A stretch of DNA of 63,943 nucleotides, the filler included, from Octopus bimaculoides (lineage: Eukaryota): assembly GCF_001194135.2 (NCBI RefSeq). It is 7 parts of 6 records of this genome, joined end to end, with 100 filler letters (N's around TTAATTAATTAA, not from the genome) between each part and the next. Parts side by side here need not be neighbours in the genome. Positions count along the whole stretch, not along the records: positions 1 to 7,898 come from NC_068984.1; positions 7,999 to 34,513 come from NC_068987.1; 5 more parts are not named here. One strand, given 5' to 3'. The position numbers and the translations under genes were made by a program. A model generated the notes under the pieces. That model did no database searches, was not told the DNA's origin, and worked only from the letters and a program-made list of their open reading frames with translations. Shown here piece by piece: positions 1 through 13,019 of this stretch (position 1 is the first letter of the stretch; each line of letters begins with the position of its first letter).

Positions 1-291
1 ACACACATACATATACACTTCCCTCCCTTCCTTCCTTACTCTATCAATAACTCAACTTCTTTCGATTTTACAAATATCTATTCTTAATATTTGGGAGGCG
101 CGTTCCCTATCTAACTTCTCACTGTACTTCCTCTCTTTCTATCTCTTACTCTATCATTCTCTCTTCATTCCGTCAACCATTCTGTCTAGCGTTTACCGTT
201 GTAACGATTTCTGATACCAAAAATATTATTACAGCTACTTTCATTGTTTACAACCTTCTATCCTGATGTATTTGTGTATCTGTAAATAACT

Positions 292-937
292 ATGCCTAGA
301 AGAATGGTGTCAAATTTGTGTCTAGTGTCAAGGTCAGCCAAAAGACTGTCTCTGTCGAAGGAAAAAGCGTCAGATGAAAAAAAAAAAAAGGAAGCACGCC
401 AAGAAAGAAACAGACTGTACACTACAGCAGTCACATCTGAGAATGATGTTACTAGAGCTGTGCGTCAAAAAGAAAAAAAACAGTTGCGTACTGGTGCTGC
501 CCGAGCATCTAAAAGTTCTGAACAGAGATATGAACGCCTGACAAGGAATAGAATCTCCACTGCAGAATGAAGAGCAGTTACAACAGCACAGAGAAGCAAT
601 TTCTATGAAGAAGCTTTCGACTATGATCCAGCAGTTAATTATGTAGATGACACTAAAGTTACCATTGGTGCAATGACAACTGAATGCATACACTGTAAAG
701 CAAAAAAAAGTGACCTGGAGAGACATTGTGCTGATGTGGTGGAAAGGTTAGACTCCTTGCAATGCCCCAACCTCCAGAGCCATGAATAATATGTCCATGT
801 AATATACAGAAGTGTAAAATCATTGAGTGTTAAAAGTATTACTTTCTGAGAAATAAACTAATCTTACACTAAATGCAAAGAGTACTGTATTAAGGCTCGG
901 AGTATATAAGCTGAGTGAAACCGGGTCCTTCTGCTTG
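292..937 (+). mobile_element. Internally deleted Helitron remnant (RepHel N-terminal fragment plus 3' terminus)
   Basis: Reading through the stop at 568-570 and a frameshift in the A-run near 705 gives EEAFDYDPAVNYVDDTKVTIGAMTTECIHCKAKK-(W)PGETLC*CGGKVRLLAMPQPPEP. This matches the Helitron N-terminal Cys motif AFxYDP..Y..IG.M...C..C.A.K...ET..CC..GKV.L...PPEP. It ends in GAAACCGGGTCCTTCTGCTTG|T (917-938), resembling a Helitron CTRR-type 3' end. Confidence 0.7.
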
Positions 938-1087
938 TATNNNNNNNNNNNNNNNNNNNNNNNNNNNNNNNNNNNNNNNNNNNNNNNNNNNNNNNNNNNN
1001 NNNNNNNNNNNNNNNNNNNNNNNNNNNNNNNNNNNNNNNNNNNNNNNNNNNNNNNNNNNNNNNNNNNNNNNNNNNNNNNNNNNNNNN

Positions 1088-1427
1088 AATTCATTACAGC
1101 CGTTTCTAACGAATTTTTTAATTGATCAATGAATACATTATATCATTATAAAAAAAAACGTTTTCATCAGATGAATACATGAATTTTACAATCAAGGATA
1201 TTTAAAAGATTTTTAAAATCCACGGCACATACATACTTGGTGAATCCACGATCGACGCTTACCAGCCAAATATGTATGTGCCATGAATTTAAGAATTCTC
1301 TAAATGTCCTTCATTGTAAAATTCATGTATTCATCTGGTGAAGACGTTTTTTTTTTTGTTTTTCATAATGATATAATGTAAACCATTGATTAATTTAAAA
1401 ATTCATTAGAAATGGGTGTAATGAATT
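1088..1427. repeat. Long imperfect inverted repeat (foldback, MITE-like)
   Basis: AATTCATTACAGCCGTTTCTAA... at 1088 is the near reverse complement of ...TTAGAAATGGGTGTAATGAATT ending at 1427. Inner arms GGCACATACATACTTGG / CCAAATATGTATGTGCC close a loop near 1240-1265. The left end abuts an N-gap. Confidence 0.85.
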
Positions 1428-1924
1428 GACATCCATCGGTTGTTACTTATAATTCCCCTCTCCCGGAACCTGCCCCTCGCGTGTTCCGAAGTATATTATG
1501 GACCATATGTTTAATAAAATGTGCGTTTCTGAATTGCTCAAGAACTGATGACATACTCAGTTGAGTTCAATTAATTGCATACATAAGCTGAATATCCTTC
1601 TGTACCAATGTTGGTATTCGTCTATAATTGCTGTGTATACAATTTATTCTGACCTAACCCGGTACCTTACCATTAAGTACCTTATTCAACTGAATCTTGA
1701 TATATTATATATATATATACGGATTAGAAAAACAGCCGACAACTGATGAAGGGTCGTTTTTTATGTTGCTTGTCTTGTTTCCCATTTGTTTCTTTCGTTG
1801 TTCGCAAAAAAAGTTCATATTTCATGTATTCCTATTTCATGTTTTCGTATTTTATGTTGTTTACGTCTGTGACGTCCTGTGCCCACATATACATATGTAT
1901 ATACGTATATATGTAAGTATTATT

Positions 1925-1975
1925 TATATTATATACACATACATACATACATACATACATACATACATACATACA

Positions 1976-2072
<97 letters not shown>
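1925..2072. repeat. Compound (TACA)n-(TG)n microsatellite
   Basis: Directly visible; it generates the HTHT/CVCV ORFs in the track. Confidence 0.95.
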
Positions 2073-2569
2073 ATGTCTGGAGAGAGAGAGGGGGGATCGG
2101 GAGAACATTTAGATAAACAGCAGTATAAATATTTAGCTTCTGCGTGCGATTCACCATTGCAGTTATTTGGAGCTCAGCAGTGGATGTTCCAAGTGCATTT
2201 GGATGCCTAACTGCGGATCACCAGGGGAATACTTTATTACATTCTATTTCGGAGATATTAGACCCAAATGACTGCAATAGTGAAACGTATGTAGGAACTA
2301 AATATTTACACCGGCGTTTATCTTAGTTTTCCCAAACAGCACTGCTAAGTAGAATACTCGACTAACCGAAGCTGACTAGATAAGGATAATCTATGTGGAG
2401 CTCTAATTCATACAGTAGCAGTCGTACGTTATCCAGCTTCGAACTGACTGGATAATGATAATGTACGTACATACACAGTTCGATGTATGTACATATGCGT
2501 TTGTAGACAGACAGACAAATAGACAGGCAGGCAGACAGAGACAAACAGACTGACAGTCAGACAGGCAGG

Positions 2570-2633
<64 letters not shown>

Positions 2634-2674
2634 TGAGATATATGGTTGTGTGTCTACGTCTACGTTTTGTGCAA

Positions 2675-2880
2675 AGGCAGTGAGCTGGCAGAAACGTTAG
2701 CACGCCGGGCGAAATGCTTAGCGATATTTCGTCTGTCTTAGTTCAAATTCCGCCGAGGTCGACTTTGCCTTTCATCCTTTCGGAGTCGATAAACTAACTG
2801 CTAGTTGTGTACTGGGGTCGATCTAATCGACTGGAGCCCTCCCCAAAAATTCGGGCCTTGTGCTTAGAGTAGAAAAGAAT
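2675..2880 (+). mobile_element. tRNA-derived SINE, family A (central domain resembles Meta domain)
   Basis: A-box-like GGCAGTGAGCTGGCAGAA and B-box GTTCAAATTCC, then GACTTTGCCTTTCATCCTTTCGGAGTCGATAAA, similar to the MetaSINE core GCCTTCCATCCTTCCGAGGTCGGTAAAATGAGTACC (recalled). Many copies occur in the window. Confidence 0.75.
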
Positions 2881-3065
2881 CGTTAGCATGCCGGCAAAAA
2901 TGCTTAGCAGCATTTTGTTCGTTTTTGGTCTCGAGTCCAAATTCCGCTGAGGTCGAGATTTCATTTTATCCTTTTGGGGTCGATAAAATAAATAACAGTT
3001 GAACACTAGATTCGGTGTAAACGACTTATCCCCTTCGCCGAAATTGCTGGCCTTGTGCCAAAATT
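2881..3065 (+). mobile_element. Second, 5'-truncated family A SINE in tandem
   Basis: CGTTAGCATGCCGGCAAAAATGCTTAGC...CAAATTCCGCTGAGGTCGA...CTTTTGGGGTCGATAAA...GGCCTTGTGCC repeats the body of the preceding copy. Confidence 0.65.
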
Positions 3066-3504
3066 TGAAACCATTTTTATGTTTTGTACAGTGCTTGTGA
3101 GGAACGTATGTAAGCTTTTGTTATATATACCTGGGCAGGATGTACTCGTGACATCTATGTGTACACACGCGAGAACACCTCCCGCCTGTACAATCATTTC
3201 GACTCACTTTTATATTGCTCCCCACCACACACACACAGACAGAGAAAGCGACTTAATATTGGAGTGCATAGCTAACGGCAGGGGAGGTGTGACGGAGTGT
3301 GCACCTTCTCACCTTCTCACCGTCTTTCCGCAGCACAATACTACAATAGACAACAAGGGTATTATACCCGGTTGGGTAAATGGGTATGATGGGTGTGGAG
3401 TGGAATTATGGGTGGGGGGATGGCGGAACTGAGGAGGAGGGGGGGACACAAGATTGTTGCAATAGTAGCTGCTGCCAGCTGATTATTGCAACCCAGATCT
3501 ACCC

Positions 3505-4075
3505 CCTACTCCACCTTCACTCCTATTACATTAAGCCTATAGCTTCTAAATATGTTGGTCACAAGAACTCAGCTTTGTCACACAACATGAAAATCAACAC
3601 ACTGATAGCAGACCTCGTTAGGATAATGAACAGCGTGTCCCTACTATGCGAACCCTATGAAACAAAGAAGCTTGTACAGAACTTCATGCCCCGCATGCAA
3701 TTCTCTGGATATGATCAGAAATATTGGGTTTTGGTATACAGGGGTGCTAGAAAGAAGTTAGCATAATAAGTAATGAAACTAGTGGTACCTACCCTAGATA
3801 TAGAAGTTAAGATTGTAAAAGGATACAAAGAGTCTGTGACAAAGCAAACAGGGTGACCACGTAGTACAATTTTGATGTTTGTAGAGGCCACAGCCCATGG
3901 AGAACTGGCTCGTAGATTTAGGAAAGCACTGAAAGAGGCTAAGCTCAACATTAAGATAGTTGAAAAGCCAAAAGGTGCATAGAGAGTGCTTGTAAAGACA
4001 AGAACAGACTATACATAGGTGAGATATCTAGGACCATTGCGGAGAGACTAAATGAACATCTAAGACAATATGACG
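3505..4075 (+). mobile_element. Penelope-like element fragment (RT thumb/linker), Naiad-like family
   Basis: LHSYYIKPIASKYVGHKNSALSHNMKINTLIADLVRIMNSVSLLCEPYE... aligns by eye with LHSHYARPMASKYFIHKNAAIADNAKFNILIADLVRVMRNGSRVCDPME at about 48450-48600. The downstream FVEATAHGELARRFRKALKEAKLNIKIVEKP parallels FVYSTPGGELAYLFRKTLSKANL*IKVVERP. Confidence 0.75.
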
Positions 4076-4360
4076 ACAAAATACAATCCTCCATACTCTA
4101 CCAACATGCCAAAGACCAACATGGAGGCTCACTGGGTCAACTTGTCATATATATACGCATACACACACACGTACATGCATACACACAAACATGCGGAATA
4201 CATACATACATACAAACGTGCATATATGCATATGTATATGCACAAACACACATACATGCATACACACACACACATACATACATACATACATTCATGGTGG
4301 TTGTCTACTCCTTAAACAGAGTTTGACCACCTCCTGCANNNNNNNNNNAGGGATTTTTAC

Positions 4361-4392
<32 letters not shown>

Positions 4393-4409
4393 CTGTGTAT
4401 GTGTACGTT

Positions 4410-4440
<31 letters not shown>

Positions 4441-4881
4441 ATGTGTTTACCTACGTGTGTATGTATATCTTCTATCTTTCACTTGATTCAGTCATCAGAC
4501 TGTGGTCATGCTGGGGCACCCCCTGGAAATTTGAATCGAACGAATCAACCCCTGCACTTTTAGTTTTTAAGCCTGCCACTTACGTTATATGTTGCTTTTG
4601 CCGAACCGCCAAGATTTGGGTACCTAAACACAACAACAATAGTTCTCAACCGGTGTGGGGAGGAAGACTAAACACAGACACAAAGACATAAATTTATACA
4701 CACACACACATATGTATGTGTACATACACACACATGTATGTATGTATGTATGTATGTATGTATGTATACATACATATATATNNNNNNNNNNNNNNNNNNN
4801 NNNNNNNNNNNNNNNNNNNNNNNNNNNNNNNNNNNNNNNNNNNNNNNNNNNNNNNNNNNNNNNNNNNNNNNNNNNNNNNNN

Positions 4882-5286
4882 CGAAATGATTGTACAGGCG
4901 GGAGGTGTTCTCGCGTGTGTACACATAGATGACACGAGTACATCCTGCCCAGGTATATATAACAAAAGCTTACATACGCTCCTCACAAACCCTGTACAAA
5001 AGATAAAAATGATTTCAAATTTTGGCACAAGGCCAGCAATTTCGACGAAGGGGATAAGTCGTTTACACCGAATCTAATATTCAACTGTTATTTATTTTAT
5101 CGACCCTAAAAGGATAAAATGAAATGTCGACCTCAGCGGAATTTGAACTCAAGACCTTGAGACGAACAAAATGCTGCTAAGCATTTTTGCCCGGCATGCT
5201 AACGCTTCTTTTCTAATCTAAGATAAGCACAAGGCTCGAATTTTTGGGGAGGGCTCCAGTCGATTAGATCGACCCAGTACACAACT
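4882..5286 (-). repeat. Inverted duplicate of 2803-3201
   Basis: The track gives nearly the same peptide on opposite strands (3006-3197 minus and 4655-5077 plus: MIVQAGGVLACVHID(V/D)TSTSCPGIYNKSLHT...). The copy includes non-SINE sequence and shows several substitutions. Confidence 0.9.
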
Positions 5287-5289
5287 GGT

Positions 5290-5765
5290 ACTTAGTTGCA
5301 CTCTGTTGTTCACAGTCTCTAACCAAAGTTCAGTATCAAGAACATGGAATCTATTGTTAGGTTACCTAGTGGGATAATCTATAGTTACCTTGATACTTTG
5401 GTGGATGGAGTTAGCTACGTGCTGGATGCTCTCCATTGTGCTCCTCTCGGTTTCTACATTGCAGTTACTAGAGTCTGTCCTAACTAGAATCTTAACGTCT
5501 TCTACATACCTACAGTAAAGTAAAACAATAGTGGATTGTTCTGCTAAGGATCATTTAAGTTTTCTGTCCCACCAGGTCATGAAGAGGTCGGCCACATACC
5601 CAGCCACATCGACACCAATGGCTGCACCTTGAACCTGCATGTGTAGTTTCTTGTTAAACTTTACTCTGTGGTTCTTCAAGGTGGTTCTTATGCTAGCCCC
5701 TATTGCATGTGCAATCATTCTTTTCCCCTGACTATTATTCTCAGGGTCTTGCGTGGGTGTGGTCC
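5290..5765 (-). mobile_element. Penelope-like element RT core fragment, same Naiad-like family
   Basis: Minus-strand translation MIAHAIGASIRTTLKNHRVKFNKKLHMQVQGAAIGVDVAGYVADLFMTWWDRKLK*...LYCRYVEDVKIL...SIHQSIKVTIDYPTR*PNNRFHVLDTELWLETVNNRVQL. It contains RT motif QxxGxxIG and a decayed YVDD (YVED), and is homologous to about 48030-48450. Confidence 0.8.
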
Positions 5766-5983
5766 ATAGATATATACATATTACGAACTGGTATTAACAT
5801 TGCATATATATATATGCGCCTATATATATATATTTATTAAATGTATATTTAAATGTATATTTATATGTTTGTTATTTGTGTCTGTGTTTGTCCCCCCCAC
5901 CATCACTTGACAACTGATGTTGGTGTGTTTACGTCCCCGTTACCTAGCGGTTTGACAAAAGAGACCGAGATAGATAGACAGAC

Positions 5984-6074
<91 letters not shown>

Positions 6075-7898
6075 GTGAGTGAGTGAGTGAGTGATGAGTG
6101 GTTGAGTGGTTAAAATGTTTAATTAGCAAACAAACTGTTTTAAGTACACTCCCACTGCATACCACCTTTGGCAGATGTCTTCACTTATGACTTCTGTGAT
6201 TTCGAAAATTACTTTCTCCTGTCCTTGCAAACGATTGACATAACATGCACCACCTGTCATTTTATTACTTTCTAACCACCTGGCGTGACTGGCTGGCTGA
6301 AGGCGCAATCGCGTAAAACTGTTTCATGTTAAGTAATCCTTGTTTGTATGACATATTTTAACATATATTAAACGCTACGCACACTTAGCGTCAAGTTCTA
6401 CTGGGCACTTCTATGTCTTTCTACCACAAAATAAACGAAATTATACCGAATAGCTCTGCCTATACACGTAAGCATTACTCATGAACAAATGATGCAAATA
6501 ATAATCGCGATTTTGAGCTACTACAGCCTTGGGCCTACTGAAAACCTTATAAGTAGATTTGGTAGACGGAAACTGAAGGAAGCCTGTCGAATGTATAAAT
6601 ATATATATATATATNNNNNNNNNNNNNNNNNNNNNNNNNNNNNNNNNNNNNNNNNNNNNNNNNNNNNNNNNNNNNNNNNNNNNNNNNNNNNNNNNNNNNN
6701 NNNNNNNNNNNNNNNNNNNNNNNNNNNNNNNNNNNNNNNNNNNNNNNNNNNNNNNNNNNNNNNNNNNNNNNNNNNNNNNNNNNNNNNNNNNNNNNNNNNN
6801 NNNNNNNNNNNNNNNNNNNNNNNNNNNNNNNNNNNNNNNNNNNNNNNNNNNNNNNNNNNNNNNNNNNNNNNNNNNNNNATATATATATATATATATATAT
6901 ATATAAGCAATGTTAAATCTCTGAACGAGGTATTAACAGTAACTGCACGTAAAGTGAAGTATATTTGCCATTTAAATGTGGCTGACCCCTAAGGGTGGAT
7001 GTTACTGTTGCTTTTAGCCCCAGTATATATATATATATGTATGTATGTACGTCAAATGACTGAAACAAGTAAAAGGTAAAACAGACGCATACATATATAC
7101 ATACATACAAAACTGCCCTTTTGATGTTGTCAAAATTCCAATGAAAGACCCTTGGATCTGGGTTGGGTTCCGGCTCTTTCTCTGTTGGCAAGTCTTGAAA
7201 TAAAAGTGAATAGCCATACATACATTCAGACATACATACATACATACATACATATATACATACATACATACATACANNNNNNNNNNTCTGTGTGCGCATG
7301 TGTGTGTGTGTGTGTGTGGTGAATAGCTTGCTAGATTCTTTGCCAAGTTTCGAAACCCAGTCTAGATGTTTCTACGCGATGCGTTTTATTGTCTTCGGCT
7401 TTCCCCTTTTGCACTTACTTTTGAAATTCATGGAAGTTAACTGTCACATATAGATAAGTTCTCGCTTGGTCCCTGGTCAAAGGGAATACTTCACGTTTGA
7501 CTTGTCACCGCGTGACTACAACTTTTCTGCTCCCTACTTGTCTAAATTCTTTTACCTTATCTTTTTCTTTTTTGATGTATTCTTCTAGCAGTCAACAAAA
7601 GGCGAACTTAACTACCTACAAGATGGTCAATAGAACTAAAAATATGCGAACAACAACTCTTACACTGATACGACAAAATATAGGCCATATGAATAAATAT
7701 ATGGTCCATACAAAGCATTGTGTGTGTGGGGGGGGGGAGGGTGTGGGTGTGTGAACTGAAATAACAAAACTATACAAGAATCAAACCGTCACATTTTCAA
7801 ATCCCGAAAATGCCCACAACAAAACAAAGGACTAAAATCGTTCGAGAGCGATATTCCTTATGAATTAGCTGTTCCTATTTCCAGACAAAGCAAAGGAA

Positions 7899-7998
7899 NN
7901 NNNNNNNNNNNNNNNNNNNNNNNNNNNNNNNNNNNNNNNNNNTTAATTAATTAANNNNNNNNNNNNNNNNNNNNNNNNNNNNNNNNNNNNNNNNNNNN
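7899..7998. other. Artificial 100-bp scaffold spacer (44N-TTAATTAATTAA-44N)
   Basis: TTAATTAATTAA at 7943-7954 has stops in all six frames and is flanked by exactly 44 N on each side; the same construct occurs six times. Confidence 0.95.
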
Positions 7999-8153
7999 TA
8001 TACACATATAAAGCTTGAAAATACGTGTACCGCGGAATCCTTTGTAGTTTTCTTGTTATTTTTGGGATTTACAATTTATTCTTTCACCGCAACCACTAGC
8101 TGGCATACACAGGTGCTTACAATTGTCAAGTATTACCTCTAAATTTTAATTTA

Positions 8154-8188
<35 letters not shown>

Positions 8189-9696
8189 CGGAGTATTGTT
8201 ATGTACTAAATAAAGATATGTATATGGTTGTGTCTATATACATACAGAGTATCAATCCACACTTACATAACATCGAATTTCTTAATGATCTTGTAAATTT
8301 CCCCAGCCATATACATTTTAAAGTTTATGAGGTCTCTTATATTACAAGCGATATATAAATATAGTGATTACACAGATTACTCAGCAGAGTGTATACGGGA
8401 AAGGTAGTAAATGAGAGAGCTAAGTAGAAAATAATAACGAAGACAAAAGACATAGAAAGTAGTTTAACGTAGACAAATATCTATTAGTTTCAATTATATG
8501 TAACTGTGTTTTGCTTGAAATATTGTGTACACTTGTATTTCGTCTGTAATATATTTACAACTAATGTGAAGTTACCGGTAAAAGTAGTCGTCTAGTCATG
8601 AAAATTAAATTTATTGCATAGGCTTTTCATTGTTTAGATAAAATTCTGGGAAGAGAATTTCGGCATTTATATCAACATACACACATAAAAATACATGCAA
8701 ACCCTCTCTCAGACACAAATAGGCACTTACACACAGACATGCATATGTATATATGAATGTATATGCAAATATATATTCTTATATACACATATCTATATAT
8801 ATATATATATATATATGCATGAAGATTTATACATGGAGAGAAATACCGTGACAGGACTTCTTACATGCTAAAAAGGCCAGTTGAATACAAATCACGAAAA
8901 ATAGTGATGTCTAAGGCACGTTGCAAATAGGCATTCTAGTGCACGCTGCTAATAAGCACTTTAGTGCCTATTAGCAGCGTCCCTTAAGAATTCCTTTTTT
9001 TTTCGTGCCTTGGGTTTAACTACCCTTTTTACTATGTAAGTCTTCTCACAGTGTATAACTCTTTATACACTCTTATATATAAAGATATTTTATGTCTTAT
9101 GACTTTATTAAGTATGCGAGCCACTGGTAATAAATTATTTTACTTGTTAACCCTCATACTCATACAGTAAAATTTTCCAATTCTCAGGCCATTTAGTAAA
9201 CAATTGAAATGTATTTACTACTGGGCTATTGTGACTACGCTCGTGCACTAAGTTTGAATCCGTAATATATAAAGATGGAACTGTCTTGCGCATGTGTTTG
9301 CTCGTGTTTTCGGTAATATTAGAGCTGCATAATTATGCATTACTTTGCGAACTTACTGACGAGCTATAGATACCAAATTAATTTATTTGGTCATTAATTG
9401 CGAAACTCGATTATCGGATTAACTAATTTTTTATTCGCACCAGTGCCTATCAGCAGCCTGCCTTAAGAATTATTTGTTATTTCGTGGCTGGGTTTTATGT
9501 CCCATGACTTTTATTAAGCATACGAACCACTTAGAATCCTACTCCTGCCATCCATCACACATCAAAAGAAACATCCCATACAGCATGGCAAGACGCATCT
9601 TTGCTAGACTGACTGATCCCAAAATACATAAAGGACGAAATAAATAAATAAATGGTGAATAGGAAGGGGGATATCCCTTCACTCTCTTCCTCTACG

Positions 9697-9759
<63 letters not shown>

Positions 9760-10140
9760 TATTCTATCTATAAGTGTATCTACCTATCTATATTTCTATC
9801 CANNNNNNNNNNNNNNNNNNNNNNNNNNNNNNNNNNNNNNNNNNNNNNNNNNNNNNNNNNNNNNNNNNNNNNNNNNNNNNNNNNNNNNNNNNNNNNNNNN
9901 NNNNNNNNNNNNNNNNNNNNNNNNNNNNNNNNNNNNNNNNNNNNNNNNNNNNNNNNNNNNNNNNNNNNNNNNNNNNNNNNNNNNNNNNNNNNNNNNNNNN
10001 NNNNNNNNNNNNNNNNNNNNNNNNNNNNNNNNNNNNNNNNNNNNNNNNNNNNNNNNNNNNNNNNNNNNNNNNNNNNNNNNNNNNNNNNNNNNNNNNNNNN
10101 NNNNNNNNNNNNNNNNNNNNNNNNNNNNNNNNNNNNNNNN

Positions 10141-10181
<41 letters not shown>

Positions 10182-10859
10182 TTTTTTTTTATTTAGCTGA
10201 GTGTAACAACGGGATGTCATTTTTAAAAACTGCGCTCCCTATTTCAAATTGTATTTTATCATATTACTGAGGAGTGGATGAATGCCACACCGTATATAGA
10301 AAGGTAGCAAAATGGTTATAACATGTGGATGAGAATATAAGTGTACATTGAAATTTTATATGAACGAGCATGGAAAACTATAGTTAACATGCAAAAAATG
10401 CATATTGATGCAAGTGAACAGAAGGAAATAAAATAAAATATAAACCTAAAAAAATCGTAGAAAGATGAAATTTACTTAGAAATATGAATATAATATATAA
10501 CATATGGTGACGCAACATTAGGTGTAAACATCTTCAAATACCTGAGCGTGACTGTATTCCATTACACATGCTCATGTATTTTGTGAAAACGATCGTGGTA
10601 GATTTACTCTGTAAGTCTGACAGCTGTGGAAAGAGGAATCTGTCTCGAAATATACTTAAGACGTACTGTTCATATACTAGCACCAGTATACATGCCAAAG
10701 ACATGTGTCCGACCAAATTCATGTCGAGTACCTCTTTATTAGTATTGCTAAAAGAACTTTTGGGGTGCAGAATAAATATTGATTATGCTCAAACTTCATT
10801 TCGGTAGTAGCAGTAACACCATTGGCACGCGAATAAGCAGATTATAAAATAATTTTGTT

Positions 10860-11060
10860 TTCAAATTTTGGAACAAGGGCGGAAATTTCGAGGAGAGTGA
10901 AAATCAATTATATCGATACCAATATTCAATTAGTACTTATCTTATCGACCCTGAAGGGTTGAAAGGGAAACTCAACCTCGGTAGAATTAGAACTCAAAAT
11001 ATTAAGACGCTAAGCACTCGTGACTAGCATGCTAACGATTCGGCCAGGTCGCTGCTGTAA
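10860..11060 (-). mobile_element. Family A SINE, degenerate
   Basis: TTATCGACCCTGAAGGGTTGAAAGGGAAACTCAACCTCGGTAGAATTAGAACTC is the reverse complement of the family A core and B-box. Confidence 0.6.
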
Positions 11061-13019
11061 AATCCAAAGTATTATTAATAATCATAATAAATTGCAAACA
11101 TGATAAATTATTTAGGTCAGCTAATCACAAAAACAGTTGGCGTTCCCTCACGAAAATTGTATATTCGCCAAAAATATTTAAAATATACTCTCATTCCAAA
11201 TGGTATAAAATGTTGTGTCATTGAACTTGAGGAGTCGTCACCCTACTTTCGAAGTCATAAATGTAACAGTATATGAATGTGCCAAATTTTGTTTGGCATC
11301 GTCTTTTCTGCAATGTTCCTGGAGCTTTTCGAGCACTGTTTTAAATTTATAATAACCATATTCATCAAAATTTTTGACATCTTCAAACTCCAGCGACAAA
11401 ATAGGAATATATCATTACTCTTTATGGAAATTCCTATATGTTGTTGATTAATGATTTTTCGAATCCGAAAGTTATTTAAATAGGACTGTAAATTACGTTG
11501 TTAGGTACTCACGTACGTGGGCTTTCTATCAAATGATAATGATAGACACAGAAGCATGCTAAATGACATGGACATAAGGATTAATATTTTAGATCAATAT
11601 AACGCAACTTTGCGAGTGGTGTGTGAATTACTATAATAGATTAATAGTAATTAATGTAAACTAGTGTTAACATGTAGCGTTAAATGAAAACTAGTGCTAA
11701 ATGAAAAATGAAAACTCTTGTCTCTGTTAACTCCTTCAAACATGATTAAAAAATATAGACAAGCTGTTCAATCCACATTAATATGCACGCCTGTGTGTCA
11801 CTGACACATGTCACCAAGGCACCATGTTTGTGTTGTTGCCCATGTATGTGCATAGAGACATAATATTGATGCATAATATCATGCCTAAGCACATCAAAAT
11901 TTAATTGGATAAAATACAACATAAAGTAGATACAACTACAGATAAGTTAGACTGCATCTACCACTATCTGAAAGAGGAGAAAATACATTTAAAGTATATT
12001 CAAAATGTAGACTTAGAATCTGGTATACATACATAGGTGTGGGTGTTAGATGAATAATGATTTATTCGTGTATTGGTAAATACATATCCGTGCGATAATA
12101 AACGTATATCAATATGTGTTTGTGTGAGCGTGGAATTATATGCCTTGCGTGCATAAGTGAGGGATAGTTAATTAGTACTAAAATACCGTATTCCTTTTTC
12201 GTCTGAATTATTACTAAGGAAAGTGAAGAGTCATTAATTTGTGATTTGATGTGTGTCATTCCAAAACATAAAGTCTCTAGAGTCAAATGTCTACATATCT
12301 ATACACACGCACATACACGCATATTCAGGCACACACGCACAAACACATACATGCACACACATAAAAACACGTATATACGCAATCTGTCTGTCAAATCAAA
12401 ATATATTCCACAGGATATATACCTCACGTTGATTCTATTATAATCACTTCATTAACATATCACATTTAAAATAATAACAAATACCATTAGTTCGTAAACA
12501 ACAAATGGTTCAGCTGCTCTAGAAAACAACTGTATAAAGGGAAGAAATAATAAAAGGAAAATACTAAAAATAGTAGATACATAGGAGAGTTCACAGATCA
12601 AGCATATTATTTAACTTATCTTTGTGTCTGCATAGTTCTTATCCCCCACAAGTTCAAAAACCCTCAAGAAAATCAGAGAAACATAAGGATAAATGTCTAT
12701 CTTATTTTCTAAATTGGAATGTCCCCTAAAACCATTTGCCCATTCATGTTTTTGCAGCACTTATATTCAAACAACATTTCTTTGTCAGCAGTTCTCTCAT
12801 TAATTGTGTTACATATTACCCATAAAATATTATCGATAGTTTCCAACTTCGTACCGTTCGTTGAGGCATCAGGTTTTCTATTTATATTCCATTCTAATTT
12901 CTATCACATCACTGTAGAAATAGGAGCCTTTGAGTGGCAAGAGCGATGGAGATTACAATATGTCTCTAGTTGTCAACTAAAATTCAGTCGCTGAATCTGA
13001 ATTTTTTTTTAATCAAGAC

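Noticed and set aside
1735-1760. CTGATGAAG at about 1743 (and reversed at about 56930 and 54470) as hammerhead ribozymes
   Set aside because: The downstream GAAA box and stems are missing; at most these are fragments of PLE terminal repeats.
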